DNA of 64,000 nucleotides from Albugo candida. Lineage: Eukaryota. The stretch is from contig JBDOQK010000014.1 in NCBI GenBank assembly GCA_040437565.1, positions 124,001 through 188,000 on the forward strand, given 5' to 3'. The position numbers and the translations under genes were made by a program. The notes below the pieces were generated by a model. That model had not been told where the DNA came from and did not search any database. It was given only the letters and a program-made list of their open reading frames with translations. Below are positions 26,010-39,442 of the stretch, piece after piece (within the stretch, counting starts at the first letter, position 1; every line of letters starts with the position of its first letter).

Positions 26010-28214
26010 ATGGATTCCAATTACACGAAAGAATATGATGTCATTGTTCATGATAAATTGCTGCAGCTACCAACTGGACTTATTGGAGTTGAATATAGTT
26101 CTCGCAAAGCGATGGAAAAGGTATTAAATGAATTCGCTGCCACCAAAGGCTATGGGATAGTGATAAAATCATCCTTCAAGCAGCGTATCGGGCACTATAC
26201 GGTTCATTACAAATGTGACCGAGGAGGGTCTTACCGCAATTGGCTTGGTCCAACAGAATAGAGTAAGAGAAGAAAGACTTCGACAGTACTCGCCAATTGT
26301 TCATTCCGCTTTAAAGCCATACAGGATGAACTGAACTGGACTTTCCACATGATTGAAGAGGATCATGATCATATTCCATCCATCTCCACAAGCGCACATT
26401 CTGTCCACCTCAGACTCGAAATTGGATTTTATGATGCTGGGGTCCCAACGAGAAACATTCAAACATGTTTGCGGAATAATCGTGGACTTGTTTTGCCTAA
26501 ACAAACCTGAATAACGTCCCCCAAGCCGCAATGTTTAGAATTTTGGATGGCCGTACACCGAAGGATGTCGTTGTACGTATGGTCATAATATCCGGTAGGA
26601 AAGTGACTCCCGTGATGATACAAACGAAGTTGAGGAACGAAGGGATTTCCGCCACATATATGAACTGTGCTTACGCACTGACGGAAGTGAAAGTGAGTAA
26701 TACAGCCTCAGTCCATCCTATATGGCTGCACTGAACATTCGAGGCCACGAAGCCAAGCTTGAAATCGTAGATGATGAATTCATACGGTTGAGTATCATTT
26801 TCCGGAAAGGGTTTTAAGTATAAAGTCATACAGTGAGCGTGGGATTCTCCTTGCTGCGTGCTTTTGAAATGGAAACAGCGAGATCCAAATTATCGGATTT
26901 GTGCTTGTGTCGGTAGAGAATGAAGATAATTGGAGCTGGTTTATGAAGTTCCTACTCTCTCACCTCCATCCATCTCCTGCATTCATGATATCGGATAGAG
27001 ACAAGGGAGTTATGAAAGCTATACTTGTATCGGCACTAGACGTCCCACAATTTTCTGCTTCCAGCATTTGATGGAAAATTTCAACAAAAAATACAAGTTC
27101 AAGCTGTTGAAGAATTTGGCGTGGATATTGGCTCGTTCACGGACAACGGTGCAGTACGCGAAGGCGAATATCGACAATTTGGAAAGCAGTGCGCTGGTGT
27201 GGCTTCAAGAGGTTGCTCGTTTAAATTGGTAAACAGCTTACTCACCATGTCTAACATACAACACTTTGAAATCAAACAACGTGGAGGCGATGAACAGCAT
27301 ATTGAAGGGAAGTCCTAGTCTTCCTATCATCGACTGCTTGATGGGAGCCGAGCGTTACGTNNNNNNNNNNNNNNNNNNNNNNNNNNNNNNNNNNNNNNNN
27401 NNNNNNNNNNNNNNNNNNNNNNNNNNNNNNNNNNNNNNNNNNNNNNNNNNNNNNNNNNNNAGCATTTGATGGAAAATTTCAACAAAAAATACAAGTTCAA
27501 GCTGTTGAAGAATTTGGCGTGGATATTGGCTCGTTCACGGACAACGGTGCAGTACGCGAAGGCGAATATCGACAATTTGGAAAGCAGTGCGCTGGTGTGG
27601 CTTCAAGAGGTTGCTCGTTTAAATTGGTAAACAGCTTACTCACCATGTCTAACATACAACACTTTGAAATCAAACAACGTGGAGGCGATGAACAGCATAT
27701 TGAAGGGAAGTCCTAGTCTTCCTATCATCGACTGCTTGATGGGAGCCGAGCGTTACGTAACGTACAAGTGGGCTGAAAATATCAGCAAAGTGAAATGCTG
27801 GGGAGTACTAACTCCATATGCATCACGAAAGGTATACAAAACAATGGCCTCTGCGAGGTGGGGTAAGATTGATGAATGATCGACCTGTTGCTGCATCGTC
27901 ACAATCCGCGCGGGGGCAGGGAGTATTCTGGTGAAATTTGCACTCAATTCCGCGATGAAGCTGTGCGATGCTCGTGTGGGTACTTCGAAGATGTTGGCTC
28001 GCCTTGCATTCATGCATTACTAGCATTGGTTCATTCCAGGAAATTGCCCAACATGCTCACGTATTTTCATGACTCCTGGCCACTTATTCTGAGAAAAAAG
28101 GGCGCCCAAAGAATAAGAGGATTGCATCGCAACAAGCTACTGAGAAAATGGATAAGCGCCCAGCGAGATTTGGAATGGGCAAACATTCTGTCCATATTCG
28201 TAGGACCGGTCTGA
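26010..28214 (+). mobile_element. Second MULE/MuDR-type transposase remnant
   Basis: N-terminal FAATKGYGIVIK...YKCDRGG, core ENEDNWSWFM...ISDRDKG (~26917-27007), SNNVEAMNS, SWIM CSCGYFEDVGSPCIH; no TIRs recognised. Confidence 0.82.
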
Positions 28215-31200
28215 TAAGGGACGCATAGTTGTGTGCTTCGTTATCCTTAAGTCATAGTGCATTATGGATCAAAGGTTTTTTCATCCAAAACTGGGGTTTA
28301 TTCGTAATAATCCTAGGCATGTGTATATCCTTACGTGTGCTATACTGCCTTGGTATATATTTTTTTATTTATTTATCAAATTGGTATATTTTTTTATAAT
28401 TCCATCAAGTAAACATATTCGAAAAAAAGCTTTGGCTAATTCACATTCCTTGTTTTTTTAAAGCTTTGGTTAATTCACATTCCTTGGTTTTGCCCGAAAT
28501 TGAAACAAATAAAATTGTTGCGTTTTGGGGATTTGCACCATAGTATCTGAGTGAGTTCATTGTAAACTCGACTCAGCAACTATACTTCATCCATATCCGA
28601 TGTGTTCAGCTCTTCATCGTAGTGACGAAATCTTCCTTCCGTCGGCCATGTGTCGCTTTCTCAAAAAAAATCTTGAAGACTGGGAATCTCTAAATCGTAG
28701 CAATTGAATTCCGAGATGTTCTATGTGTTTTGTCCACCATACCAAGATTGTACCAAACGTTCTGTGTACTCGGATTTCGAGTAGCAGCTTCATAACGTAA
28801 TTCTTGTCGCAGTGAAATCACATCGGTTGTTCCATGTAGTGATGACGCCGTTGAAAAACATTCAAATCTGATATTGTAATGCTCCAATCCATTCGGTGCC
28901 ACATTTGCAATATGTGTTTTCACCGAAAAAATGTTCTTTCCCATTGAACCATTTTCCCATGTCGATGTGGTGCGATAGTGAATATACTTATCGACTTGTG
29001 TGGTCCAAAAGAAGGTTGGATGAGTTGTAATAATTTTGTCGAGGCATTTGTCTAATCGGCAAGAATAATTCTTGACGCAACTGATGCGAACTACTGAAGG
29101 TATTGAATACGTTGTAGCTTTATTCGTCCCACCAAAATAAGAACTTGTAGTCCACCACCTTGTCGGCGAAGATATTAAAATTCTTTCCTGAGTAGGTGGA
29201 CGTGTTTCAGATCTTTCTTGTGTTTCCGACCAAGCACAAATCGATTGCACAACGATTACCACTGTCGAGTAGTATCTGCTTGTATGTCCACGTGCATCTT
29301 ATAATGCCACAGACGTGATAAAATGATCGTCTCCGCAACTAGTAGTCGACCACGAACAGTTCGTGCACGTGCACGTCGAAACCATGCATCAAACCCATCA
29401 CAAAAACGCTTTTCGAGAGTCGAGATAACCATCGAATGAGTCAGCGTCTGGCCGAACGGGATAACCAAATAGAATGCTCCGGACCCATTATGGTCAAATT
29501 AGGAATACGTGGATACGGCATGGCCGGATACAACGAGAGGAAAGATGATTTGCTGAAGTTGAATTTCGCACCAGATCGGTCGCAATAGACTTGAACGAGT
29601 TTGAGCTGCGTCAAGACACCATTTTGTGTCTATGAAAGCACTGCCGAATCGTCCGCAATAAATACTTCAGTTGCGACAGTCGTGCCATTGATCCAAATGC
29701 CATCTACTTCATGTTGTCGAAGTAAACTCCCATAGGTTCGATCGTTATCAGAAAAAGTAAAAAGACGGTGTGATATTTCCATTGATCATCAACTTCTCCT
29801 TCGTGTTATCGTACTGTACGGAACACGAACCCAGTCGATAAATCCTTTTCCAACGCCCATTTTTTTTCTAAAACGCAAAAATGTACGCCCAATTGACTTG
29901 ATCATAAACTTTTCTCAAGTCGATAAAAGTCGCATATGCTTCCTCAATACGATAAGGACGAAGTCTTGGATGTCGGTGAGATGTCGAATATGGTGATAAA
30001 TTGACCTTCCCCGCACAATTTGTTTTTGATCTTGATGGATCTATTTTGGCAAAAACCGTTGCGACCTTACGTCAATACTTTGTAAGTACTTTCACATCCA
30101 CGCAAAGCAGTGCGAACGGTCGATAGTTGCCAGGATTACCACGTAATCCTTTTTTGTGCAATAATGGGATTACCGGGTGACGTTGTCATCGAAGTAAGAT
30201 ACCTCTTTACAGCTGATATTCGAAAACGATCTTTAGACACTAGCCAAACGTTTCCGGACCANNNNNNNNNNNNNNNNNNNNNNNNNNNNNNNNNNNNNNN
30301 NNNNNNNNNNNNNNNNNNNNNNNNNNNNNNNNNNNNNNNNNNNNNNNNNNNNNNNNNNNNNCGGTGAGATGTCGAATATGGTGATAAATTGACCTTCCCC
30401 GCACAATTTGTTTTTGATCTTGATGGATCTATTTTGGCAAAAACCGTTGCGACCTTACGTCAATACTTTGTAAGTACTTTCACATCCACGCAAAGCAGTG
30501 CGAACGGTCGATAGTTGCCAGGATTACCACGTAATCCTTTTTTGTGCAATAATGGGATTACCGGGTGACGTTGTCATCGAAGTAAGATACCTCTTTACAG
30601 CTGATATTCGAAAACGATCTTTAGACACTAGCCAAACGTTTCCGGACCAAGCTAATAAAATGCAGCTGGTAGTCCATCCATACCTGGAGAAAAACAACTC
30701 CGCATGTGCTTGATCACTTCCGCCATCTCGGTCGTACTTAAGTGAGTTGAGAAACGGTCTTGCTTTGATGAGGCAAGGGAAACTTGAATCGAATCCATAG
30801 CTTTTTTTTATTTTTGCACATGCACAGTTGACCGAATCCAGTAGCATTTTTGGATTTTTGAACATGGATTAGCTGAGTTGGTCTCAGAGCTTAAATATAT
30901 AGAGTCCATTACACCTACCCCAATGATCCCTGAATTCGTCAATAATCTCCCTCGGGTTCGATGTCACGGTACCACAATTTTGGTGACATTTTTGATCGAC
31001 ACGCGACGACAAGAACTATTCGGAGGGCGAAAAAACTGCTCGGAAAAGTGTTCCATATACTTCACGTCATGGGCGAAGCTCTCACCTTGCTTGTATCTGG
31101 CATTGTTTTCGACCTAAATTCTGAATTGCTCGAGACTCGATTCGTAAAAATACTGTGACTCATTGGTGTCCTGAGTACGATATCGAGCTGATGCGACTTC

Positions 31201-33250
31201 CAAAACACGCCAACTAGACTCAACATCATGTCGCCTATCTTGTGCAACCTTGTTTTTTAATTCCCCGAAGCTGTTTCTTGATTTTCGCCTTCCAGCTTTC
31301 CAAGATTTTTCCGGGATTCGAACTTGCCCGCAACTGTTCGAGCCTCAAATTTGCTCTCAATTATGATTGCTTCGACAACTTCAGGATATTCAAATAGTCG
31401 TAATGAACATTTCCAATATTCTCGACCCGGAGATTGAGTTGGATTGGCAAAAGTTACTTTTTGTGCCAGATGATCTCCTGCATGTCGTGGACGGAAATAT
31501 TCTGAGGTTTTGTATAACATATTGAATATCTCTTCCGACATGCAAATATAATCTAGTCGATTCTTTCGCGTTAATGTTCCTGTAAATACTTTTTTCAGTC
31601 GATGTTAGATTTGCCAAGCGTTTACCACACCCAACTTGGCGAGCCATTCCAAACACGCTACTCGACTTGATTCGTGTCGAATTGTTCCACTCGAAGCATT
31701 GATAGATGGATCAGTGGTGTATTAAAATCATCAAATACGGTGTGTGTTGCGGTCAATTCGAAAGTGTTGGAGATCAATAAGGCATGAAAAAAAACACTCG
31801 TTTATCAGCCTTGACCGGTTCGTATACATTGTAAATATACACCGGTGCATCGTGATTGAGAAGGCGCAAAACCAAATAGCGCTTCCAAATGCTTCGTTCG
31901 TGGAGCTTTTCAACTGTTGTATAACCGGGAAAGTCCGAACGAAGGATTCTCATGACGCCGCCACTGCGGGTTTGCATCGGATGGAAAGTGTTATGGTCAT
32001 TGACAAACATTTTGTGCTTAAATTTGGTATGTAAGAAACACTGAAATGAGTTTAGTTGGTTCTGATCGTAAATTTGGTCTCTACTACAGAACAAATGGAC
32101 TGTTCTGATAGGATCTAATTTATAGAATGATGACAATTGTTATAAAACCCATCGAAATTCACCGTGAGTGCTGAAACATTGTTCCACGTTGAGATAATCG
32201 AGGAGCCCTTAGTATTCACGCTGAAGTGGACCAGCAATCAACCTCGTTGCACCATCTTTTTTTGAGACGTCAAATGTTGCACTTTCTTCTGAGAAAAAGC
32301 TCAGTTTGTCGGAGAGGTGATATCACCACAGAGAAGTCCTCGCCATTTACCTGCAAACCATTGAGACCAACACTTTATACCGACGTCGGAGCGTAAGTAA
32401 GTAAACAACAGTGATGACCCGGATTCCAGATCACTGGTCCATCGGTGAAATATTGGATCCAGTGATCGTTTGTGTAAAATCTCGGGGCATTAGACATAAA
32501 TAAAAGTTCCAATAAGGCGAGATCTTCGGTTTCCCGAGTCAAACCATGAACAGCGTCTGGCACTAACTTCCACCAAGACATCACTTTCTTGAAAATACAG
32601 CTCTCTCCGAGAGAACTTTTCCAACAATGTGGTGATTCCAACGCGTCGTAAACGTAACATTTCACCGCGATTGTGCGCTCTAAAAAGCGATTGATCAGAA
32701 TTAGGTGTGCTACTTCGTCCAGAGTAGGATCGTTCGACTGGATGCAAGAAATAAGCACCCCATTCATGGTGATGGGATGCTCTAGTGCTGCCCGGATGAT
32801 TTGGTCCAGGTTGGTACAGCATTGTACCACATGAGGGATGCACGCACGGCTTGGACCAGCTTGTCTGACGTAGCTGGTGGTGTGCGTTTTTGAAATCGAT
32901 TTCCATGAGCTTTCCTATTTCACCATTTCTATTTGGTCGCTCCGCTTTTTACACCGTTTCATGACGATTGTGATAAAATTGTGCCGCCTCTTTCAATCTG
33001 GCCACCGCTGCTGGCATCCGTGCTTTCACGAGAATAACCTGAAGGCGGTTTCCATTCTCCGGATTGGCAATCGCTTGTATTTCCTCGATCTCTACCTCAT
33101 AGAATTTCTTCTCGCTAATTTCGGTAGCGCATGAGGTGGTGCTTCGGAGACCATTTTCTCGAGTGGCAATACCCAATGATGTTACCACTAGTCCATGGCT
33201 ACTTCAAGGATACATCCCTATCCCGCTCCAACCGTGGCTGTGAGTACGAC

Positions 33251-33535
33251 TGACTTGCTAGTTGGAGGATGGTAGAAGATGTTGAAAGTATTTGAATTGC
33301 TCTTGCTGCAATTGAGGTAGAAGTAGAAGAAAAATATATTAAGCATTAACCTTGTATGTTAACGCTACAACATGCATGTGCAACGGCATCACAGACTTGA
33401 CTATGTCACGTATCACATGACGTCCGTCTGGGACCACGTAGTGACCGTCTCTCTTCATCCCATCTTTCACGTTATCACCAATACAGCCGTTCAGATGAGG
33501 ACGGACTTTACCTGCGATGGGTCTTGCAGTTGACA
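33251..33535. mobile_element. ~285-bp insertion in LINE copy C, possible solo LTR
   Basis: Absent from the homologous stretch of copy A (~1900-1960). Ends in ...GTTGACA; no clean TSD found. Confidence 0.35.
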
Positions 33536-35021
33536 CCCAAACCCTTGAGGAGCTGTCAGAAAATGATCTGTATTAACCGGAGAGGGCTGCAATAAGGTTG
33601 GTGCCCTGTTGGTGGGATAGTGGGGAGAGTATTGAGCTCCAAGGAGATTTGTTCGGAGAGCTCCCGTTCAGCTTTCCTCGTCTCCAGTTCTTGATTGGGA
33701 ACTGACTTCATTGCCTTTTATGGTGCCACCAAGAGTGCCGTTGTCTCTATAGTTTGTATTTGTTGCTTTTTTGTTCTTTGTTCGTGTTGATTCTGATTGT
33801 GGTTTTGCTTCTTCTGTAGCTTGTTGGTTTGTTGTTGCCGTGCTCCAGCGGTGGATACTGCACCCAAATCAAAGCAACAAGGACCCCGCTGACCAAAACG
33901 TGATAGTTTGGATGGGATAGGAGCTTTTTTTTCTCGGACAGAATAAAGCAAATTTCGTATGTAATTTGTTCGCATACTTTACCGATGCGGACTACCTGTG
34001 GAGGATACGTAGGATTACTAAAGTATACTCTCCACGTCGACATCACGACACCCTTGCACGGCACAGTTTCGCAGAAAGTAGCAAAGTCTACTGGACATCT
34101 TAGACTGTGAACGGAACGTAAAATCGGGATCCGTTCTTCCTCCGCACCCACTCCAAATATGCAAAGGAATTATTTTGGATTCGAGTTAATCGTATTCCCG
34201 AAAAAGTACTGAGACCCGAAGATGGTTATCGGCTGGAATTCCAGCAGTTGACAAACATCCTTGGTGGAAACCATCACTCGAAGATTGCCACCAGGCGTCT
34301 TCGATACTTGAGCAATGGCTCTTCTCTCCAGTAGGCTCCAGAATACTGGATTCTCATGATCCTTCCTAAGGGAAGACACGCTTTTTCTATTTGGTATACG
34401 CACCAACGCCTGACCTGCTTCCAGAATCATAGGATAGGTGGCCTTGGAGACCTTAAAAGGCTTCGCTGCCTTCAATTTTGTTGCCAAGACCGACCACTCT
34501 GGATGCTGGCCATCGGCATACAATTACATGCTAGCCTCGATATCCGAGGCTTCCGGCTTTGGAAGCTCCACGCAAAAAATTCGCCGGAGCTCGAGTCTGG
34601 TCCTTGCGCAAGGACTCCTTGGACTTGATACATTCAGCCAAAGTGGGACGTTTGGAGTCGTCCACACTTGCAGTTGCCTTTGCCTTTGTTTCACCCTATG
34701 ACGAGGTGGTGACTCTACCGCATGTACCACCGGCACCACATCCACATCGGTATTACGGTTATTACCCTGTACATCACGCTGGGGATGGGGGTACTTTCCA
34801 CGTCATCACACTAGAGTGATGACTCATCAGCAATCATGCAATCACCCAAAACTGGGTGACTCACGTGGTTGCCACGTCAGCACAACTGAACGCTAGCACT
34901 CTGGGTTGTGTCGATATGTCGACTTGGACCATTGTTTTCGAGAGGAAAGAGTTGAAAAAGTTGTTTTCGAATTGTTTTGTACTAAATTGGCGGGCTACGT
35001 AGTAGCCGGCAAATCGAGAAG

Positions 35022-35100
35022 TCACGGTCAGGGGCTCATAATAGGATATGGAAGGTAGTTATAAGAACCAGATAAACAGTGTAATGAAATCCTTGGAGAT
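35022..35100 (+). mobile_element. 3' fragment of the tRNA-derived SINE
   Basis: CACGGTCAGGGGCTCAT...CCAGATAAACAGTGTAATGAAATCCTTG matches the tails of the other copies. Confidence 0.8.
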
Positions 35101-37574
35101 TCATACGGATCTGCGTATGCGCATCAGCAATGTCTCTCTTCATCTGAAAAGCACGGGTTTAATTCCCCTTTTCTCATGTTAGGCAATACGTTTGGGCATG
35201 GTGGGTCTCTTCAGTTCCTGAGTGTGTGTGTCATAAGAGCACGGAGCTCAATAGTACCAGGCCTTAGATGACCAAAACGCTGATGATAGGAGATAGGACT
35301 CTCATTTGCACAGCTTGGCCAGATACAAGTGTAGCTTAAGCTCTCATCAAAATCTCGATAATGCGGCGATGCTCTTAGTTGAGAACAGCACAACACACAG
35401 CCATCATGTGATCCTTTTAACCAATTAAAACACTTCATATCCATTCACAAAAAGCATGCCCTACTCGATATCAACCCTGTAAACAACTTTGGTCTGCGAA
35501 GTGGCCGGCAGGCACCAAATTCCGTGCTTAATGAGGCGAATATTAAGTACAGACAGCTCAATATAAGTGTATACATCATCAACAAAAGTGTGCATGCACA
35601 CTGGACCACGTTTCGTAGCCTTCCATCTCGATGCCGATACACTTTGTTGCGTGCGAAATCTCAGATGAAGACAGCATTGACAACTGAAACCAGTGTCAAA
35701 AAATCACCCTTCACCATGAAGCGCATCGTCGCTCCCATTGTTAGGAAATTCCCACTTATTTCTCCCACCAGCTCCAGCACTTTCTACTCTAGACTCTTTT
35801 CATTTTGCTTTGTCTCGTCAATTACCAGCTATTTGACCAACTTGACTGCATGTATGGCATCTTCTCGTTTCGGTAACTTACTTCAATAGGTCACTATCAG
35901 CCCTTCTATATCACGATGAATCATCCTCTAGTCCTTGAAGAAACGAAACGAGTTGCTCAGTATCAGCCAGTTGTTCTGTGATAAACCTGTCGTACTCACC
36001 TATGACCAAGTCATTAGACTCGGGCTGTGCATCCTTTTTGATTTTCAGCAGTCAATTCTTGCCCGACATTACTACCACCTTCAATCTTACTGCATAGAGC
36101 AAGAGGTCGTCACAAGATCGACCTACTTACATTCTCTATGCAAACATCATGATCGGCTGTTTCTTGGAAAAGACAATGCGATACGAGTTTGCCATCTTGT
36201 TCATAAAAGTATAAGATTCGGTGTCATCCTCTATAAACTAAACGCGCCGAATGAAGTACCTTGAAGCTTTTCACTAGAGAATTATCTAAATCGTGACATC
36301 TTGTACTCTTCCGGCAAACGAAAATGAAACGTTCGTTTAATCAGTTCAGTCTTCACCAGCAAGAGATGTGTACATTGAACAAATCAAGCACTTAGTTCCT
36401 TGAAAACTACAGATCCATCATACGCTCTATCATGATCGTCTCATCGGTGTGATTGACAGAGCTTGGGTCCATTTCGCCCACTGCATGTACTTCCATCGAT
36501 CTAAAACTGACAATTATTTAGCTCCTGTTGGACATTCTGCAGCTCCTTGCCGCAACTCATGAATCTGATAGTGCGTGCGCTGGCGTTCATGTGCAAGCTG
36601 GTGCTGCTGATTTTTTCTGGCATTCGCTCTCTTCTCACGCAGGCAGACGAACCATGTACTCCACTGTCCTCTGAAGTCTGTCGACTGGTTGCGAGATCCG
36701 CTATAGCTTCTGGTCGTGGGGATCGCCTCATAAACCCAATCCACCACCCGTAAAACATGTCACACGGTGCCGCAACTTATCGATCAGTTTGCCACTACGT
36801 AGGACCTTGACGAACCCCTCAAATGAATCCAATGGTGAGGAATATTTGGCGAGATTCTCCACAATGTCGCCACCTGTAAACGACTCCACAGGACTTTCAC
36901 ATATCTCTCAGCCATTCCTGCTAAGTGATGTCCGCGTACATCGAACTTCACGTCCTCGCTCCACAGAAATCCGCTCGCACGTTTGGCGAATGAGATCTGG
37001 CGCACAAATCGTTGTCCCCACGATAGGAACCCTCTACCCAATCCCTGGTACAATTTATTTGCCGTCAAAAGAGTGGATTCTCAGCTTCTTTTGACGCGCG
37101 TCTGAAACCCGTGTGAACTGCGTACCAAGCGCCGGCCCCCGCTGTTGTTGCGGTGCCGGGTAGTATGCTGGCGGTTGAACGTAGTGTTGAGGCAGCTCGT
37201 GATGTGGAGCCGGTGCACTCTCGACGTTAGCCGCGTCTTGTCTATATCCGCGTTGCCTAGTTCCAAAGTAGGTAGCCGGTGGCACTTGTGAAAAGGCTTC
37301 CGGGGGTAGCGTTAAGTCCAACGTCTCCCTACTCCTGGCCCTGCTTTGCCTAATGATCGAGCCGAATACGCTTGCCTCTCGATCTTTTTTCTCCTTCTCG
37401 GGCTGTCGCTCTTGTGGTGCCTCCATACGATCCATGCTTAGCGTGAAACTTGTTAGAAGCTGAATTAATTTTTTTCCTGCATAACTTTTGGCTCTGGGTC
37501 ATCACCTGACTCCCTCTCAATTGCCCTCTTCACCAGTGACTCTTTTGTGATCCGTGTTGCCGTTTTCGTCAGCA
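35101..37574 (-). mobile_element. 5' half of a degenerate copia element (LTR end, PBS, gag, pre-integrase)
   Basis: LTR end TCA followed by degenerate PBS GGTGATGACCCAG (37494-37506). Gag LYQGLGRGFLSWGQRF and pre-integrase HQRFGHL. Homologous to 52876-54660. Confidence 0.8.
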
Positions 37575-39442
37575 NNNNNNNNNNNNNNNNNNNNNNNNNN
37601 NNNNNNNNNNNNNNNNNNNNNNNNNNNNNNNNNNNNNNNNNNNNNNNNNNNNNNNNNNNNNNNNNNNNNNNNNNGGATTGGAAGTGCTAGCAGCTGAGAA
37701 CATGGCACCAGTAGTGGTTGACAGAGTGGTGGACGGATTAGTTTGGAGACCGGAGGTGTAACAGGAGAGACACACTCCTTAATTTACTTAATTGACGGTA
37801 CCAAAGTAGGAGGTATATTTGTAGTTTCTATTTTTCGGGATGTGTCCGTAGCAAAACTGGGTGCGTCCGCAGCAACTCCCTTAAAAAAATATTCAACAGT
37901 CTGCTAACCTATCCTTCTTTTCTACCTGAGTACTGGCGGTCGAAACCGTTTCTCGCTCTTGCAACTGAACCTTGAATCTTACACCAAGTGCAATTATAGT
38001 CAAGTTTGAAGGATAATAGTGTAATGTCACGAAAAAGGTCGAGTGGTAACTAATCATACATGAGTTATAAACCGATGTCAAGTCTCAAAAGGGTCCCAAA
38101 ATGTCTCGATTGGATAGAATTGGATCTAAATCAGGATGATGATAATCATCCGTGAAGAACGTTCAAACAGGAGATTAAACATGAGGTAGCTTGCAACATT
38201 CGAGGACATTGCAATTCGCAACAGCCGAAATCATTAAATTCGTACATCCTGAAGTAGAAAATACAATATGAGTTATTTCATTACAACTGTATCATACAAA
38301 AATCCGTTATCGGTGACTACTATGCATATTCCAAGGAGAACTGGTTCTAAGTGATATTCACGAACTCCAAGCATATTTTTGAAGAGAATCGTAATTCAGT
38401 ACTCACCTATTCTGTAATCAGCTCTCAGCCTCCATTAATTAATAGACTTTTGGCCTCTGATTGGTTAAAATAAGTATGACAGAATAAAAGAAGTAAAATT
38501 ACGGGAATCGTTATTCAGCCCCAAATCTTCATAAAGTAATGGCAACTGTAGCCTCTGGTTGGTCGGAATTGATGCGATGAAATAACTAGAAAANNNNNNN
38601 NNNNNNNNNNNNNNNNNNNNNNNNNNNNNNNNNNNNNNNNNNNNNNNNNNNNNNNNNNNNNNNNNNNNNNNNNNNNNNNNNNNNNNNNNNNNNCCTATTC
38701 CTTTTGCGAAGAATCAGACTATTTCAGAGGAAAAATTGCCCAGATTATGAATCGGGCGATCGCCTATTTTCCATATGGTAAAATGAAACGTACGTGTTTT
38801 ATATCCAATTATTTCCTGGCCGAAAAAGAAGATTGCTAGCGCCTGGCTTCCATTTAAGTTTGCAAATGCGGGCAACATACCTAAGTAACAAGCGGGTTCC
38901 AAGAGCTAAATTCCTGCTCATCTTTGTGCTTTAGAAAACTGTCGTCGATTTGAATTCGTTTAAGCTAGTGTTATACCAATGTGGCAACCGATTTCAAATG
39001 CAACAGCTGCATATCCATTTAGTCACACCAAGTACATTGTTCAATCAATTCCTAACTGATCATTCACGCCATACGCCATCTTAATACATCGCAAACGATA
39101 CCTCCATTTTTAGATTGGACTTTGCTTGCGAGTGCCTGTTAAGCTAGACTTATATTGCTTCCTTTTTCAATATAATATCAAAGGCTGAAAACAGGACGAG
39201 TGGGCTTCATTTACTGTTTGATCTTTGTTCTTGTGTATGGCACTCCAATTTTTGTCTTGTGTGACAATGAGATGTTCACTAACTTCCTCCGCAGTAAGCA
39301 TGTTTGTATGCAAAAAGGATATAAAAGCTTTTGACTGGCAAGNNNNNNNNNNNNNNNNNNNNNNNNNNNNNNNNNNNNNNNNNNNNNNNNNNNNNNNNNN
39401 NNNNNNNNNNNNNNNNNNNNNNNNNNNNNNNNNNNNNNNNNN

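Larger units (their letters stand above)
20603..28540 (-). mobile_element. TA-flanked TIR DNA transposon (IS630-Tc1-mariner superfamily) carrying nested MULEs
   Basis: TA|TGGTGCAACTCC at the left end and GGGATTTGCACCA|TA at the right. Imperfect ~30-bp TIR. TA duplication at a LINE site that is empty in copy D. Confidence 0.8.
19520..35022 (-). mobile_element. Near full-length L1/Tx1-like LINE (copy C), split into 28541-35022 and 19520-20602 by a TIR transposon
   Basis: Putative ORF1 ATG ~34933, ORF1 remnants 33700-34900, APE 31390-32170 (IYNVYEP, SRLDYICMSEE, GDHLAQKV), RT remnants 29250-30860, C-terminal ESYQRLFLDC ~20200-20240. Joining 20602 to 28543 restores the uninterrupted homolog at 46441-46470. 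Confidence 0.88.
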
